Positions 27,081 through 36,526 of a stretch of DNA of 64,000 bases are shown here, one piece after another. Below the pieces are notes generated by a model, which was given only the letters and a program-made list of their open reading frames with translations, searched no databases and was not told the origin of the DNA. Position numbers and translations under genes: made by a program. Numbering within the stretch: position 1 is the stretch's first letter; the number at the start of each line of letters is the position of its first letter. Source of the stretch: an uncultured Candidatus Saccharibacteria bacterium (GTDB taxonomy: Bacteria; Patescibacteriota; Minisyncoccia; Phycocordibacterales; UBA9973); NCBI GenBank assembly GCA_964404925.1, contig CAYOLW010000002.1, forward strand, positions 38,995 to 102,994, given 5' to 3'.

Positions 27081-28538
27081 ATGTCGACTATTGATGAAAT
27101 CAAAGAAGCTCGTCTCAAGAAATTAGATTTATTAAAATCAAAGGGGGTTGATCCGCATCCAGCGAATTCATTACGTGAGTTTAGTTTGGTGCACGTCATT
27201 AATAATTTTACTGATTTAGAAAACTCAAAAGAGTCACATTGGATTGCCGGCAGGATTATGTCTATGCGCGGGCAAGGTGCGATTATCTTTATAACTCTTT
27301 TTGATGGTACTGCTAGTTTCCAAGGCCTATTAAAGAAAGATGTACTAGGAGATGAGAAGCTTGGTTTCTTTAATGATGTTGTAGACATTGGGGACTTTAT
27401 CGAAATATATGGAACTTTTTTTGTAACCAAAAGAGGAGAGAAAACATGCGAAGTTACAGATTGGCGAATGCTGACTAAAACATTGGCGCCACTGCCTGAG
27501 AAGTGGCACGGTATCACTGACGATGATGAGCGATATCGCAAGCGATATTTAGATGTGCTAATGAATGCAGACCTACGGGAGCTTCTTGAAAAGAAATCAA
27601 AGTTTTGGAAGGCAACTCGTGATTTTATGCTTGCTGAAGGATTCCTTGAGGTAGAGACCCCAACCCTTGAGGTTACCACTGGTGGTGCTGAGGCTCGACC
27701 ATTTAAAACACACCACAATGATTATGATATGCCGGTATATCTGCGTATATCTGTAGGCGAGTTGTGGCAGAAAAGGCTCATGGCTGCAGGGTTTCCTAAA
27801 ACTTTTGAAATTGGGCGAGTTTATAGAAATGAAGGTTCAAGTCCTGATCACTTACAAGAATTCACTAATATGGAATTCTATTGGGCTTATGCAGATTATA
27901 AAAAGGGAATGGAATTGGTAGAAAAAATGTACAGATATATAGCCCAAGAAGTTTTTGGTACTACCAAGTTTTCTGTGCGTGGGCACGAATTTGATCTTGC
28001 AGATACTTGGCCGAGAATTGATTATCGAGATACTGTAAAAGAAAAAACTGGTATAGACACACTGTCTGCAACCCTAGAAGAAATGGAGTCTAAGGCCAAA
28101 GAACTCGGTATCAAGTATGAAGGACAAAATAGAGAAAGGCTCATTGATACACTTTGGAAGTATTGCAGAAAGACTATATCAGGTCCGGCATTTTTAGTGC
28201 ACCATCCAAAGATTGTTTCGCCACTTTCAAAGTCTTTACCAGAGAACCCAGATCTGACTGAACGATTCCAGCCTTTGATTGCTGGTAGTGAATTAGGTAA
28301 CGGTTTTTCTGAGCTGAATGATCCAGTAGATCAAAGAGAAAGATTTGAATTACAGCAACAACTGATTGAAAGAGGAGACGATGAGGCTATGATGCCTGAA
28401 TGGGAATTCGTAGAAATGCTCGAGCATGGCATGCCGCCTACTTGTGGCTTTGGTTTCGGTGAACGACTATTTGCCGTTTTAGCAGGGCAATCCATCCGTG
28501 AGACAGTAATGTTCCCATTGATGAAGCCACGAGAATAA
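27081..28538 (+). CDS. lysS: lysine--tRNA ligase (class II)
   Basis: RYRKRYLD, GGAEARPF, YRNEG, ELGNGFSELNDP, GMPPTCGFGFG. Confidence 0.96.
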   Translation: MSTIDEIKEARLKKLDLLKSKGVDPHPANSLREFSLVHVINNFTDLENSKESHWIAGRIMSMRGQGAIIFITLFDGTASFQGLLKKDVLGDEKLGFFNDVVDIGDFIEIYGTFFVTKRGEKTCEVTDWRMLTKTLAPLPEKWHGITDDDERYRKRYLDVLMNADLRELLEKKSKFWKATRDFMLAEGFLEVETPTLEVTTGGAEARPFKTHHNDYDMPVYLRISVGELWQKRLMAAGFPKTFEIGRVYRNEGSSPDHLQEFTNMEFYWAYADYKKGMELVEKMYRYIAQEVFGTTKFSVRGHEFDLADTWPRIDYRDTVKEKTGIDTLSATLEEMESKAKELGIKYEGQNRERLIDTLWKYCRKTISGPAFLVHHPKIVSPLSKSLPENPDLTERFQPLIAGSELGNGFSELNDPVDQRERFELQQQLIERGDDEAMMPEWEFVEMLEHGMPPTCGFGFGERLFAVLAGQSIRETVMFPLMKPRE

Positions 28539-28555
28539 CGTGATATAATTTTTAT

Positions 28556-28900
28556 ATGAAATTTTTAGCAAAATTGTTAATAGGGGCACTCGCATTTTTA
28601 GGAGCAGCTTATATTGTTCCTGGAATTGATGTCAGCAGTTTCTATATTGCTGTTATTACTGCTTTTGTGTGGGGATTTATCAGCTTCTTTTTAAAGCCGA
28701 TTGTGCATTTGTTTGCATTACCGATAACTATCCTGACATTGGGTTTATTTTCTCTGGTGGTGAACGGACTTTTGTTCTGGCTGATGTCTACTTTTATAAA
28801 AGGATTTGTTGTTGAGAATTTCTTGGCTGCTGTATTGGGTGCTTTGGCGGTGTCTGTACTCGGTTGGGTAGGGAAGGAAATTTTCTTAAAAGAAGACTAG
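28556..28900 (+). CDS. YvlD/DUF360 (holin-family-4-like) membrane protein
   Basis: KPIV..ALPITILTLGLFSLVVNG signature. Confidence 0.85.
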   Translation: MKFLAKLLIGALAFLGAAYIVPGIDVSSFYIAVITAFVWGFISFFLKPIVHLFALPITILTLGLFSLVVNGLLFWLMSTFIKGFVVENFLAAVLGALAVSVLGWVGKEIFLKED

Positions 28901-28919
28901 TATATAAATACATAAATAT

Positions 28920-28956
28920 CAGTAAAAAAGCCTTGTAATACAAGGCTTTTTTACTG
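28920..28956. terminator. intrinsic terminator
   Basis: CAGTAAAAAAGCCTTGTA-A-TACAAGGCTTTTTTACTG, perfect inverted repeat. Confidence 0.8.
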
Positions 28957-28961
28957 TGTAG

Positions 28962-29044
28962 TTATCCACATTGAGGTATTATATTTATTTGCGACCTAAT
29001 GCGAAGTGGTGTACAATGTTAGGCAAGTGGGAAAAAGTGGGAAA
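28962..29044 (+). promoter_or_regulatory. dcw promoter with MraZ-type repeats and a DnaA-box match
   Basis: TTATCCACA at 28962-28970; TTGCGA-17-TACAAT (28989-29017); AAGTGG repeats with GTGG at 29006, 29027, 29037. Confidence 0.7.
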
Positions 29045-29069
29045 TTAAGTTTTGAGGTTTAATAACAAC

Positions 29070-29507
29070 ATGTTGATCGGCGAATATACACACACCATAG
29101 ATGAAAAAAATCGCATGTCACTTCCGGCGAAATTTCGCACGGAACTCGGCAAAAAAGTTGTTATAACTCCAGGACTTGAAGATTGTTTGTTTGTATTCAA
29201 CATGAAGGAGTGGACGAAGGTTAAAAATAAACTTTCTAACTCTGAATCTGATTTATCTTTTCTTTCAGCCGATAGACGTAGTTTTAATAGATTTATGTTT
29301 GGTCGGGCTGCAGAAGTGGAGATTGATTCGATTGGACGAATACTTCTACCGAGCTTTCTGAAAGAAAGACTTGGACTGAAGGATAAAGCCATTGTTGTGG
29401 GGGTAGAAGATAGAGTTGAAATTTGGCATGAAAAAGCTTGGGATAAATACAAGGCCGAGATAGAAAAACAAGCCAGCGGATTAGCAGAAAAGTTATCACA
29501 GCAATAA
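29070..29507 (+). CDS. mraZ: division/cell wall cluster regulator MraZ
   Basis: GEYTHTIDEKNRMSLPAKFR, DSIGRILLP, RVEIW; ATG at 29070. Confidence 0.95.
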   Translation: MLIGEYTHTIDEKNRMSLPAKFRTELGKKVVITPGLEDCLFVFNMKEWTKVKNKLSNSESDLSFLSADRRSFNRFMFGRAAEVEIDSIGRILLPSFLKERLGLKDKAIVVGVEDRVEIWHEKAWDKYKAEIEKQASGLAEKLSQQ

Positions 29508-29509
29508 TC

Positions 29510-30397
29510 ATGTCGAGTGTACACGAAAGTGTTCTTTTAAATGAAACAGTTCTGGGTTTAAACCTAGAATCAACACAGGATTCACTGGTTGTTGATACGA
29601 CTTTTGGTGGTGGTGGTCATAGCATCCATGTGCTTAAAACCCATCCTTTGTCGAAAGTTGTAGCCACAGATCAAGACAAGGGAGCTTGGGATAGGGCTGC
29701 CTATAAATTTAAAGATTTCATTGATAGAATTTCTTTTCTTAATTTAAATTTTAGAGAAATAGGCGGACTAGATATAAACCCAGACGGGGTGATGATGGAT
29801 TTAGGTTTGTCATCTGACCAGTTGGATAATTCAGGCAGAGGTTTTACTTTTCGTAAAAATGAACCATTGCTCATGACCATGATGGAGAATCCAGGCGAAG
29901 ATGATTTAACAGCACGAGAAATAGTGAATACCTGGGATGCAGAGAACATTGAAGCTATATTGCGTGGCTATGGAGAAGAAAAATTCGCCAAAAGGATTGC
30001 CACTGGGATAGCGGAGGCTCGAGAAATTACACCAATTGAAAATACTTTTGATTTGGTGGCAGTGATTGAGGATTCTGTGCCTGGTTTTTACAAAAGAGGC
30101 AAGATTCATCCAGCTACTCGTACATTTCAAGCTTTGAGAATGGCCGTAAATGATGAGATGAATACCTTGAGATTAGGATTAGAGGGATCATTCAAAATTT
30201 TAAAAAGTGGTGGGAGACTTGCCGTGATTAGTTTCCATAGTGGAGAAGATAGAATTGTAAAGAATTTTTTTAAAGACAGAGCAATTAGCAAAGAAGGTAT
30301 TTTAATAAACAAAAAGCCAATTCTGCCAAGTGCAGAAGAAATAAAAAACAATAAAAGGTCGCGTAGTGCAAAATTAAGAATTATTCAAAAAAATTAA
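29510..30397 (+). CDS. rsmH: 16S rRNA m4C1402 methyltransferase
   Basis: HESVLLNE, DTTFGGGGHS, DLGLSS, HPATRTFQALR, ISFHSGEDR, RSRSAKLR. Confidence 0.96.
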   Translation: MSSVHESVLLNETVLGLNLESTQDSLVVDTTFGGGGHSIHVLKTHPLSKVVATDQDKGAWDRAAYKFKDFIDRISFLNLNFREIGGLDINPDGVMMDLGLSSDQLDNSGRGFTFRKNEPLLMTMMENPGEDDLTAREIVNTWDAENIEAILRGYGEEKFAKRIATGIAEAREITPIENTFDLVAVIEDSVPGFYKRGKIHPATRTFQALRMAVNDEMNTLRLGLEGSFKILKSGGRLAVISFHSGEDRIVKNFFKDRAISKEGILINKKPILPSAEEIKNNKRSRSAKLRIIQKN

Positions 30398-30757
30398 ATG
30401 AACAAAATGCAAAATTCAATAAAAAACAATACTCTGATTAATACCCTAGAAGAGAACATCGAAATTCGAGTTAGAATGCTACAAGTTGCTTTTGCAGGTT
30501 TTGTCTTTTTTGCACTTCTGTATCTTTTCTTTTTAGGTAGTGCTGTATTTAATGTTGTTGAGCGTAAATCACTCGAAGCTGAGGCGCATACATTATCTAA
30601 CCAAATAGGTGAATTAGAACTCAAATATTTACAAGTTTCTGGACAAATTGATCGTGATTTATCAAAAAGTATGGGTTTTGAAGAGATAGCACAGAATTTT
30701 GCTACTCGTGAATCAATAACTTTAATTGGAGAAAAAATCGCAAGAAATGAAATCTAA
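30398..30757 (+). CDS. FtsL-like bitopic membrane protein
   Basis: One TM plus leucine-zipper-like segment, in the canonical ftsL position. Confidence 0.6.
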   Translation: MNKMQNSIKNNTLINTLEENIEIRVRMLQVAFAGFVFFALLYLFFLGSAVFNVVERKSLEAEAHTLSNQIGELELKYLQVSGQIDRDLSKSMGFEEIAQNFATRESITLIGEKIARNEI

Positions 30758-32462
30758 TTTTGGATCTAGGAGCAAAGTAATTGTCTTGGTTTTTGTATTT
30801 ATAGCTTTTATCTTTGGGATAAAGCTTTTTTTTGTTCAGATCCTCCATGGCAGGACATACTCTGAATTAGCTGATCGGCAATACGTGACACCAGCTACCA
30901 ATATATTTGAACGAGGAGATGTTTTCTTTCAAAGCCAAGATGGGACCTTGGTATCTGCTGCTACTCAAACCCAAGGATATAAATTAGCGGTTAATCCAGA
31001 AAAAATAAAAGACAAAGAAAAAGCATATACTGCCATCCATGAAATTCTACCTCATGTATTACATGAAGAATTCATAGCCAAGGCCAGCAAGTCAAATGAT
31101 CCATACGAAGAGATAATAAGCGGTATGACCCGCGAAGAAGCAGATAAAATATCTGCATTGAAGATTGCTGGAATAGAAATTCATAAAGAAAAATGGAGAT
31201 TTTATCCTGGGAAAAATTTAGCTTCACAGACCTTGGGTTTTGTGGCCTATCGTGGCGATGAATTAAGCGGACGCTATGGATTGGAAAGGCAGTATGATGC
31301 TGTTTTGACGAGGAATGCTGATAATCCGTATGTTAACTTTTTTGCTGAAGTTTTCTCAAATATCAAAGATGGGTTATTTTCCGGTGAAGATAAAAAAGGA
31401 AATATTGTTACAACCATTGAACCAAAGGTGCAAACTTTCTTAGAAAGGGAATTATCTGATGTTCAAAAAAAATATAGTGTTGATCAGATTGGTGGCATAA
31501 TAATGAATCCTCAGGATGGTGCGATATATGCATTGTCGACTAAACCTGATTTTGATTTGAATGATTTTAAATCTGTAAAAAATCCTTTACTCTACAGAAA
31601 TCCTTTCGTTGAAGACGTGCTCGAATTTGGATCGGTGGTGAAGCCTCTAGTAATGGCCGCTGCACTTGATGCCAAGGTGGTAACTGCCAATACTACCTAT
31701 ACAGACCATGGCATGGTGACTGTTGATAAAAAACAGATTTATAACTTTGACAAAAAAGGACGCGGACCAAACACCACCATGCAAGACGTATTGAATCAAT
31801 CTCTTAATACTGGTATGGTTTTTACCTATCAGCGTTTAGGTAAAGAAAAAATACGTGATTATTTATATGCTTTTGGTATCAAGGAAAAAACAGGAATAGA
31901 TTTACCAAACGAAACCAGTGGTTTAACCAGTAATCTGAAAGCCCCAAGGGATTTAGAGTATGCGAATGCTGCTTTCGGCCAGGGTATTGCACTCACTCCA
32001 ATCGAGATGGTGCGAGCACTGGCTTCACTTGGTAACAAGGGTGTTTTGGTTACACCACACATAGCAGAGAGGATAAAATACGATGATGGTACTGAAAAAA
32101 AACTTGAATACGAAACCAAGCCCACAATGATTAGTGCTGCAGCAAGTGAAGAGATTACCAGAATGCTCGTGACAGTTATGGATAAATCATTAAAAAATGG
32201 GGAAGCAAAATTTCCTCATTATAGTATCGCTGTAAAAACAGGAACAGGGCAAGTTGCCAATAATCAAGACGGAGGTTACTATGAGGATAGGAATACCCAT
32301 TCCTTTTTTGGCTATTTTCCTGCTTATGATCCAAAGTTTATTGTTTTTCTATACGCAGTTAATCCAAAAGGTGTACCGTATGCATCCCAGACTTGGGCAG
32401 ACCCATTTCTAGATATTGCTAAATATTTGATTAACTACTATCAAGTTCCACCTGATCGATAA
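30747..32462 (+). CDS. ftsI: class B penicillin-binding protein (FtsI-like)
   Basis: SVVK, SLN, KTGT transpeptidase motifs; N-terminal TM; dcw position. Confidence 0.85.
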   Translation: MKSNFGSRSKVIVLVFVFIAFIFGIKLFFVQILHGRTYSELADRQYVTPATNIFERGDVFFQSQDGTLVSAATQTQGYKLAVNPEKIKDKEKAYTAIHEILPHVLHEEFIAKASKSNDPYEEIISGMTREEADKISALKIAGIEIHKEKWRFYPGKNLASQTLGFVAYRGDELSGRYGLERQYDAVLTRNADNPYVNFFAEVFSNIKDGLFSGEDKKGNIVTTIEPKVQTFLERELSDVQKKYSVDQIGGIIMNPQDGAIYALSTKPDFDLNDFKSVKNPLLYRNPFVEDVLEFGSVVKPLVMAAALDAKVVTANTTYTDHGMVTVDKKQIYNFDKKGRGPNTTMQDVLNQSLNTGMVFTYQRLGKEKIRDYLYAFGIKEKTGIDLPNETSGLTSNLKAPRDLEYANAAFGQGIALTPIEMVRALASLGNKGVLVTPHIAERIKYDDGTEKKLEYETKPTMISAAASEEITRMLVTVMDKSLKNGEAKFPHYSIAVKTGTGQVANNQDGGYYEDRNTHSFFGYFPAYDPKFIVFLYAVNPKGVPYASQTWADPFLDIAKYLINYYQVPPDR

Positions 32463-32466
32463 TAAT

Positions 32467-33762
32467 ATGAAAAATCTTTTTAAAAAAGTTGTTACTAAAG
32501 TTTTAATTTTTGAATCCAAGCTGGTTATTCGGAAATATAATCCAAAAATAATTGCTGTCACGGGTTCCGTGGGCAAAACATCTACCAAGGATGCTATTTA
32601 TACTGTTATTTCAAAATTTGCCTATGTTCGTAAAAGTGAAAAAAGCTACAACAGTCAAATAGGATTACCTTTGACCGTGCTCGGCTTACCAAATGGTTGG
32701 AATAATCCGCTTGTCTGGACTGCAAATATTTTACGAGGTTTGTGGCTCATCATTTGGCCACATAAATATCCGAGCTGGCTAGTGCTTGAGGTTGGTGTTG
32801 GTAAGCCAGGAGATATGGCTGAGACAGCAGCCTGGCTGCGTACTGACATTGTGGTTATGACAACTATTCCTGAAACACCGGTCCATATTGAATTTTTTCA
32901 TTCTAGGAAACATTTGGTGGATGAAAAAGCTGAGCTTATAAAAACATTGAAAAAAAATGGAACCTTGATATTAAATGCTGACGACTCAACTATACTAGAA
33001 ATGAAATCCAGAACTAGAAATATAGTTGTGACTTATGGATTTAATGAAGATTCTGATTTGCGAGCTAGTGAAGAAAAAATAATGTATAGCGAGAGCGGCG
33101 CTCCAGAAGGTGTGACTTTTCGTATTGATGCTTCGGGCAAGAGTTTGCCAGTAGTCATGAAAGGAGTGTTTGGACAGAATCATATATATTGTGGACTAGC
33201 GGCTGTTGCTTGCGCCTATGTTTTGAAATTTAGTTTACTTGAAGCTATTGATGCTTTGGTTGTGCATGAGACTCCGGTTGGTAGGATGAAAGTTTTGAAG
33301 GGGATAAATGATATTGTAATTATTGATGATAGTTATAATTCTTCACCTATTGCGGCAGAGTCAGCTGTGTCTACCTTGGGTAAAATAGAAACCAAGGGTA
33401 GGAAAATAGCCGTATTAGGAGACATGCTGGAGCTTGGCAAACACACCGAGGAAGCACATCGTAATATAGGTAAAATGGCCCAAAGTAGTGCAGATGTTTT
33501 AGTAGTGGTTGGCCCGAGAGCTAAATTCTTTAAAGAAGGTGCTGTATCGGTAAAAATGCCTGAAAAAAATATCCATGATTTCAATACATCGGTTGAGGCT
33601 GCAGAGTTTATGAAAGGTTTTGTCCAAAACAGTGATATTGTACTGGTGAAAGGTTCACAAGGTATGCGAATGGAGAGAGTGGTAGTGGCCCTATTAGCAG
33701 ATTATGAAAAGCAGAAAAATTCTGTACCGAGACAAGACAGAGAATGGTTGGCTAAAAATTAA
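32467..33762 (+). CDS. murF: UDP-MurNAc-tripeptide--D-Ala-D-Ala ligase
   Basis: VTGSVGKTSTK, DDSYNSSP, LGDMLELG, LVKGSQGMRME. Confidence 0.92.
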   Translation: MKNLFKKVVTKVLIFESKLVIRKYNPKIIAVTGSVGKTSTKDAIYTVISKFAYVRKSEKSYNSQIGLPLTVLGLPNGWNNPLVWTANILRGLWLIIWPHKYPSWLVLEVGVGKPGDMAETAAWLRTDIVVMTTIPETPVHIEFFHSRKHLVDEKAELIKTLKKNGTLILNADDSTILEMKSRTRNIVVTYGFNEDSDLRASEEKIMYSESGAPEGVTFRIDASGKSLPVVMKGVFGQNHIYCGLAAVACAYVLKFSLLEAIDALVVHETPVGRMKVLKGINDIVIIDDSYNSSPIAAESAVSTLGKIETKGRKIAVLGDMLELGKHTEEAHRNIGKMAQSSADVLVVVGPRAKFFKEGAVSVKMPEKNIHDFNTSVEAAEFMKGFVQNSDIVLVKGSQGMRMERVVVALLADYEKQKNSVPRQDREWLAKN

Positions 33763-34106
33763 CTGCGTCCGTATTTGTCTTCAATCCTAATGATATCGGA
33801 TTCATCAAATTCACCCAAAGCTATTTCTAGGAATTCAATATCTGTGATACCCACCATTCTGTGGTGAGTGTTCACTGGTATTAATATTTCATCGCCTTCT
33901 TTCACTTCGCGTGTTTCTGTGCCAATGGTTGCTATCCCTACACCCTTTAATACTCGCCAAAATTCTGCCCGATTATTATGGTATTGCAGGCTGAAAGCCT
34001 CGCCTTTGTTAACGGTGATTATTTTAACTGTACTTTTTTGATTTAGGGTAAACCTTTCAAATTTACCCCAAGGTCTATTTTCAAAATTTTTATTGATTAT
34101 ATCCAT
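33759..34106 (-). CDS. cupin, mannose-6-phosphate isomerase type II C-terminal-like
   Basis: RPWGKF, SLQYH..RAEFW, EFDESDIIRIEDKYGR. Confidence 0.85.
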   Translation of the reverse strand: MDIINKNFENRPWGKFERFTLNQKSTVKIITVNKGEAFSLQYHNNRAEFWRVLKGVGIATIGTETREVKEGDEILIPVNTHHRMVGITDIEFLEIALGEFDESDIIRIEDKYGRS

Positions 34107-34115
34107 ATTTTTTTA

Positions 34116-34763
34116 TTATATATTAAAAGTTGATTTTATCTTTTTCATTGTATTCACACTGAATTCGGATAATAACATTTTTCTTAACTTCCGAAGCGTA
34201 ATTATTGAAATAATTATAATCAAACCTGAGAACATAATATTGTGTATTACTCTGGTGCCCGAGAATATTCTTTCTATGCTATGCGCGAAATAATAGCCCA
34301 CACCCATGGCAACCGGCACATACACCGCGAGTGCTAGGAAATCCACTTTGAGGAAATGCTTAAACGGTGTACCGACGCGGGCAGCAGTAATAGGGCCGAG
34401 TGCGCGGAGCTGGACTAAAAACCTGGAGACAAAGATAATTTTGTTAACGTGTTTTTTCAAGAAATCAGATTGGGTGTCTATGTCTACGTCTAATACTTTC
34501 TTTAATATATAATCAATAATTCGGTGCCCACGCCGAGCTAGGTAATAGACCACAGAGTCTATAATCAAAAGCCCAATAATCAAGAAGGTCATTATCTGGG
34601 TAAAAGAAATAAGCTCGGGTTTCAAATTGGCAAGATAGCCGAAATATATGAGGAATATTTCTTCAGGGATGGGAGGGAAGGCATTAGCAAATATTGCAAT
34701 CAGCACGAACCACGCAGGGGATATGTGATCAAGCGGCAAATTCACAAACGGCAGATTTTCCAT
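34116..34763 (-). CDS. DedA-family membrane protein
   Basis: PPIPEEIFL..GYL, DSVVYYLAR, FVSRFLVQLR; start placed at ATG 34763, 6 nt after TATAAT. Confidence 0.85.
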   Translation of the reverse strand: MENLPFVNLPLDHISPAWFVLIAIFANAFPPIPEEIFLIYFGYLANLKPELISFTQIMTFLIIGLLIIDSVVYYLARRGHRIIDYILKKVLDVDIDTQSDFLKKHVNKIIFVSRFLVQLRALGPITAARVGTPFKHFLKVDFLALAVYVPVAMGVGYYFAHSIERIFSGTRVIHNIMFSGLIIIISIITLRKLRKMLLSEFSVNTMKKIKSTFNI

Positions 34764-34919
34764 TGATATATTATATAGTAGATTAAAGGCCTCTCGATAT
34801 TGACATAAACAAATATGCGGGTTAATATATAAAAGTGTAAGTTCTTTATACAAGTTGAATGATGACGAAAGAGTGCAATTTATTAGATTGTTTTCTTCCT
34901 TCATTAAATTAACTTAAAC

Positions 34920-35084
34920 ATGGGATCTCTTTTTCAAAAACCCTCTAAAGGGGTTGTTGTTGGAACATCAGCAACTATTTTTCTTTTGTTGCTTGTATTT
35001 ATTTTCCATCGGGAAATACTATTTTTTCTACAACATTACGTAAGTTTTGATTTGTCTGGCCACCCAGGAAATGGTGGCTACTAA
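34920..35084 (+). CDS. small single-TM protein (54 aa, not in ORF track)
   Basis: MGSLFQKPSKGVVVGTSATIFLLLLVFIFHREILFFLQHYVSFDLSGHPGNGGY; followed by a GGCTTC...GAAGCC-TTTT hairpin. Confidence 0.45.
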   Translation: MGSLFQKPSKGVVVGTSATIFLLLLVFIFHREILFFLQHYVSFDLSGHPGNGGY

Positions 35085-35182
35085 AATTAAAATAACACCC
35101 GTTTTCGGCTTCATCGCGTAGTAATTACGTGGGAAGCCTTTTATTTTGCAAAAAATATAAATTTTGGTAGTATTTCCGTATT

Positions 35183-35340
35183 GGCCTCATCATTCAGTTA
35201 GGACAAGGGTTTGTCTTCCGCTGAGAGGAGTGAGCTTGGGCAATGGACCCGAGCGCAAGGCCGGAAGCTGTCGAGCTGAGGCGGGGTAGCAGAAATTTTT
35301 AGCAAAAAATTATCTGTGACCGATTCTCAGAATCGAACTT
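35183..35340 (+). repeat. degenerate tRNA-Glu 5' copy plus structured element A
   Basis: GGCCTCATC..GTTAGGACA..TCCGCT..GGAGT colinear with tRNA-Glu; then hairpins and CGATTCTC-AGAATCGAACT. Confidence 0.6.
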
Positions 35341-35360
35341 TGAAAAATTTAAAATATATT

Positions 35361-35432
35361 GGCCTCATCGTCTAACGGTTAGGACAGCGGGTTCTCAATC
35401 CGCTAATCGGAGTTCGATTCTCCGTGAGGTCA
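35361..35432 (+). tRNA. tRNA-Glu(CTC)
   Basis: Near-identical to the TTC isoacceptor; anticodon arm GCGGG-TTCTCAA-TCCGC; CCA not encoded. Confidence 0.95.
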
Positions 35433-35433
35433 C

Positions 35434-35617
35434 ATGAGCGAAAAGCAGCTAAACTGCTTTAGCTGCGAGCGAAGTGTGAAGACGGAGGCATAATTCGCCA
35501 GTAGGCGAATAGCCGAGTCCGGGGCTGGAAAATTTGCGAGTGACGACGAGTAAATTATTGTAGCTCACACTATTTAAGTACGCGAAGCGTTCAAAATTCG
35601 GATGTCCGACGTCCGAA
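35434..35617 (+). repeat. GC-rich multi-hairpin element B
   Basis: GCAGCTAAA/TTTAGCTGC, AGTGTGA/TCACACT, ATTCGCC/GGCGAAT, TTCGGATGT/ACGTCCGAA stems. Confidence 0.6.
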
Positions 35618-35623
35618 AACATT

Positions 35624-36520
35624 ATGAAAAAGTATATAAATTATCTATTATTTTTATTGGTAATATTAGGGATAATATATTTCTCTCTCAATTCATTTTT
35701 ACTGATAAATATTTTAAATATAAATTTACGATCTGTATATGACTTTATATATGACTGGCAACAGTTAATTGGTGCATTTTTAGGTGCATTAACTCCAATA
35801 GCACTTTTCTTGATAAATGAAAAATATCAAAAGAAACAAAAAAAGAAAGCACATCTTTTGCTGTTAGAAAAAAGTATTATTTTAGCAATAAACAATTTGA
35901 GCGATATAGACAATATGCTCCATCGTTTCAATAGTAATCAACTTACAGTAGCAAAACAAAGAATAGCGAATGAGTCATTAAAAAATCAATATTCTGTTGG
36001 GCAGATTTTCATACCCCTTACAGCTACCTTTTCTTTTTCTGATGAGTTAATGAATGAAACCACAGACAGTAATTACATAGAAAATCTCAAAATGGATGTT
36101 TATGCCACATCAAAAGAACTGCCTATTTTGTTACAAGATCTTAACAGGCAATTTGATAGAAACATAAACCTCAATACCCAAATATCAATAGCAAAATTAA
36201 ATGACCCTAAAATGCAAAATACAGTATTTTTATCTAATATTACTGACTTTGAGAAGTATTTATATGCCGAAGTCTTTGGACATAACATTCCAGTATATTT
36301 AAGAAAGCTCGTGACATTACTTATTGCTTTAAAGAAAATGAATAGCTTAGGGTTAAAAAAATGGAGAGCGACATTTCCTTTTAAACAACCATATACACAA
36401 GAAATTGATGAAAAAATATCAGCATATTTCTCCGAAGAGATAAATAATAAAATAAAAGAATTAGATAAAAGTTTCAAATCAAAACTTTTATTAGTTGAAG
36501 AGAAAAGTAGTATAGTTTAG
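35624..36520 (+). CDS. hypothetical membrane-anchored protein (AT-rich island)
   Basis: 298 aa ORF with two N-terminal hydrophobic segments and a helical body. Confidence 0.6.
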   Translation: MKKYINYLLFLLVILGIIYFSLNSFLLINILNINLRSVYDFIYDWQQLIGAFLGALTPIALFLINEKYQKKQKKKAHLLLLEKSIILAINNLSDIDNMLHRFNSNQLTVAKQRIANESLKNQYSVGQIFIPLTATFSFSDELMNETTDSNYIENLKMDVYATSKELPILLQDLNRQFDRNINLNTQISIAKLNDPKMQNTVFLSNITDFEKYLYAEVFGHNIPVYLRKLVTLLIALKKMNSLGLKKWRATFPFKQPYTQEIDEKISAYFSEEINNKIKELDKSFKSKLLLVEEKSSIV

Positions 36521-36526
36521 GTTTTT

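Noticed and set aside
28556-28900. Prophage holin
   Set aside because: This family is commonly chromosomal and no phage genes flank it
28962-28970. Replication origin
   Set aside because: Only one DnaA-box match, with no cluster and no dnaA gene nearby
35183-35340. Functional intron-containing tRNA
   Set aside because: The D arm and anticodon arm are degenerate and the acceptor 3' strand is missing
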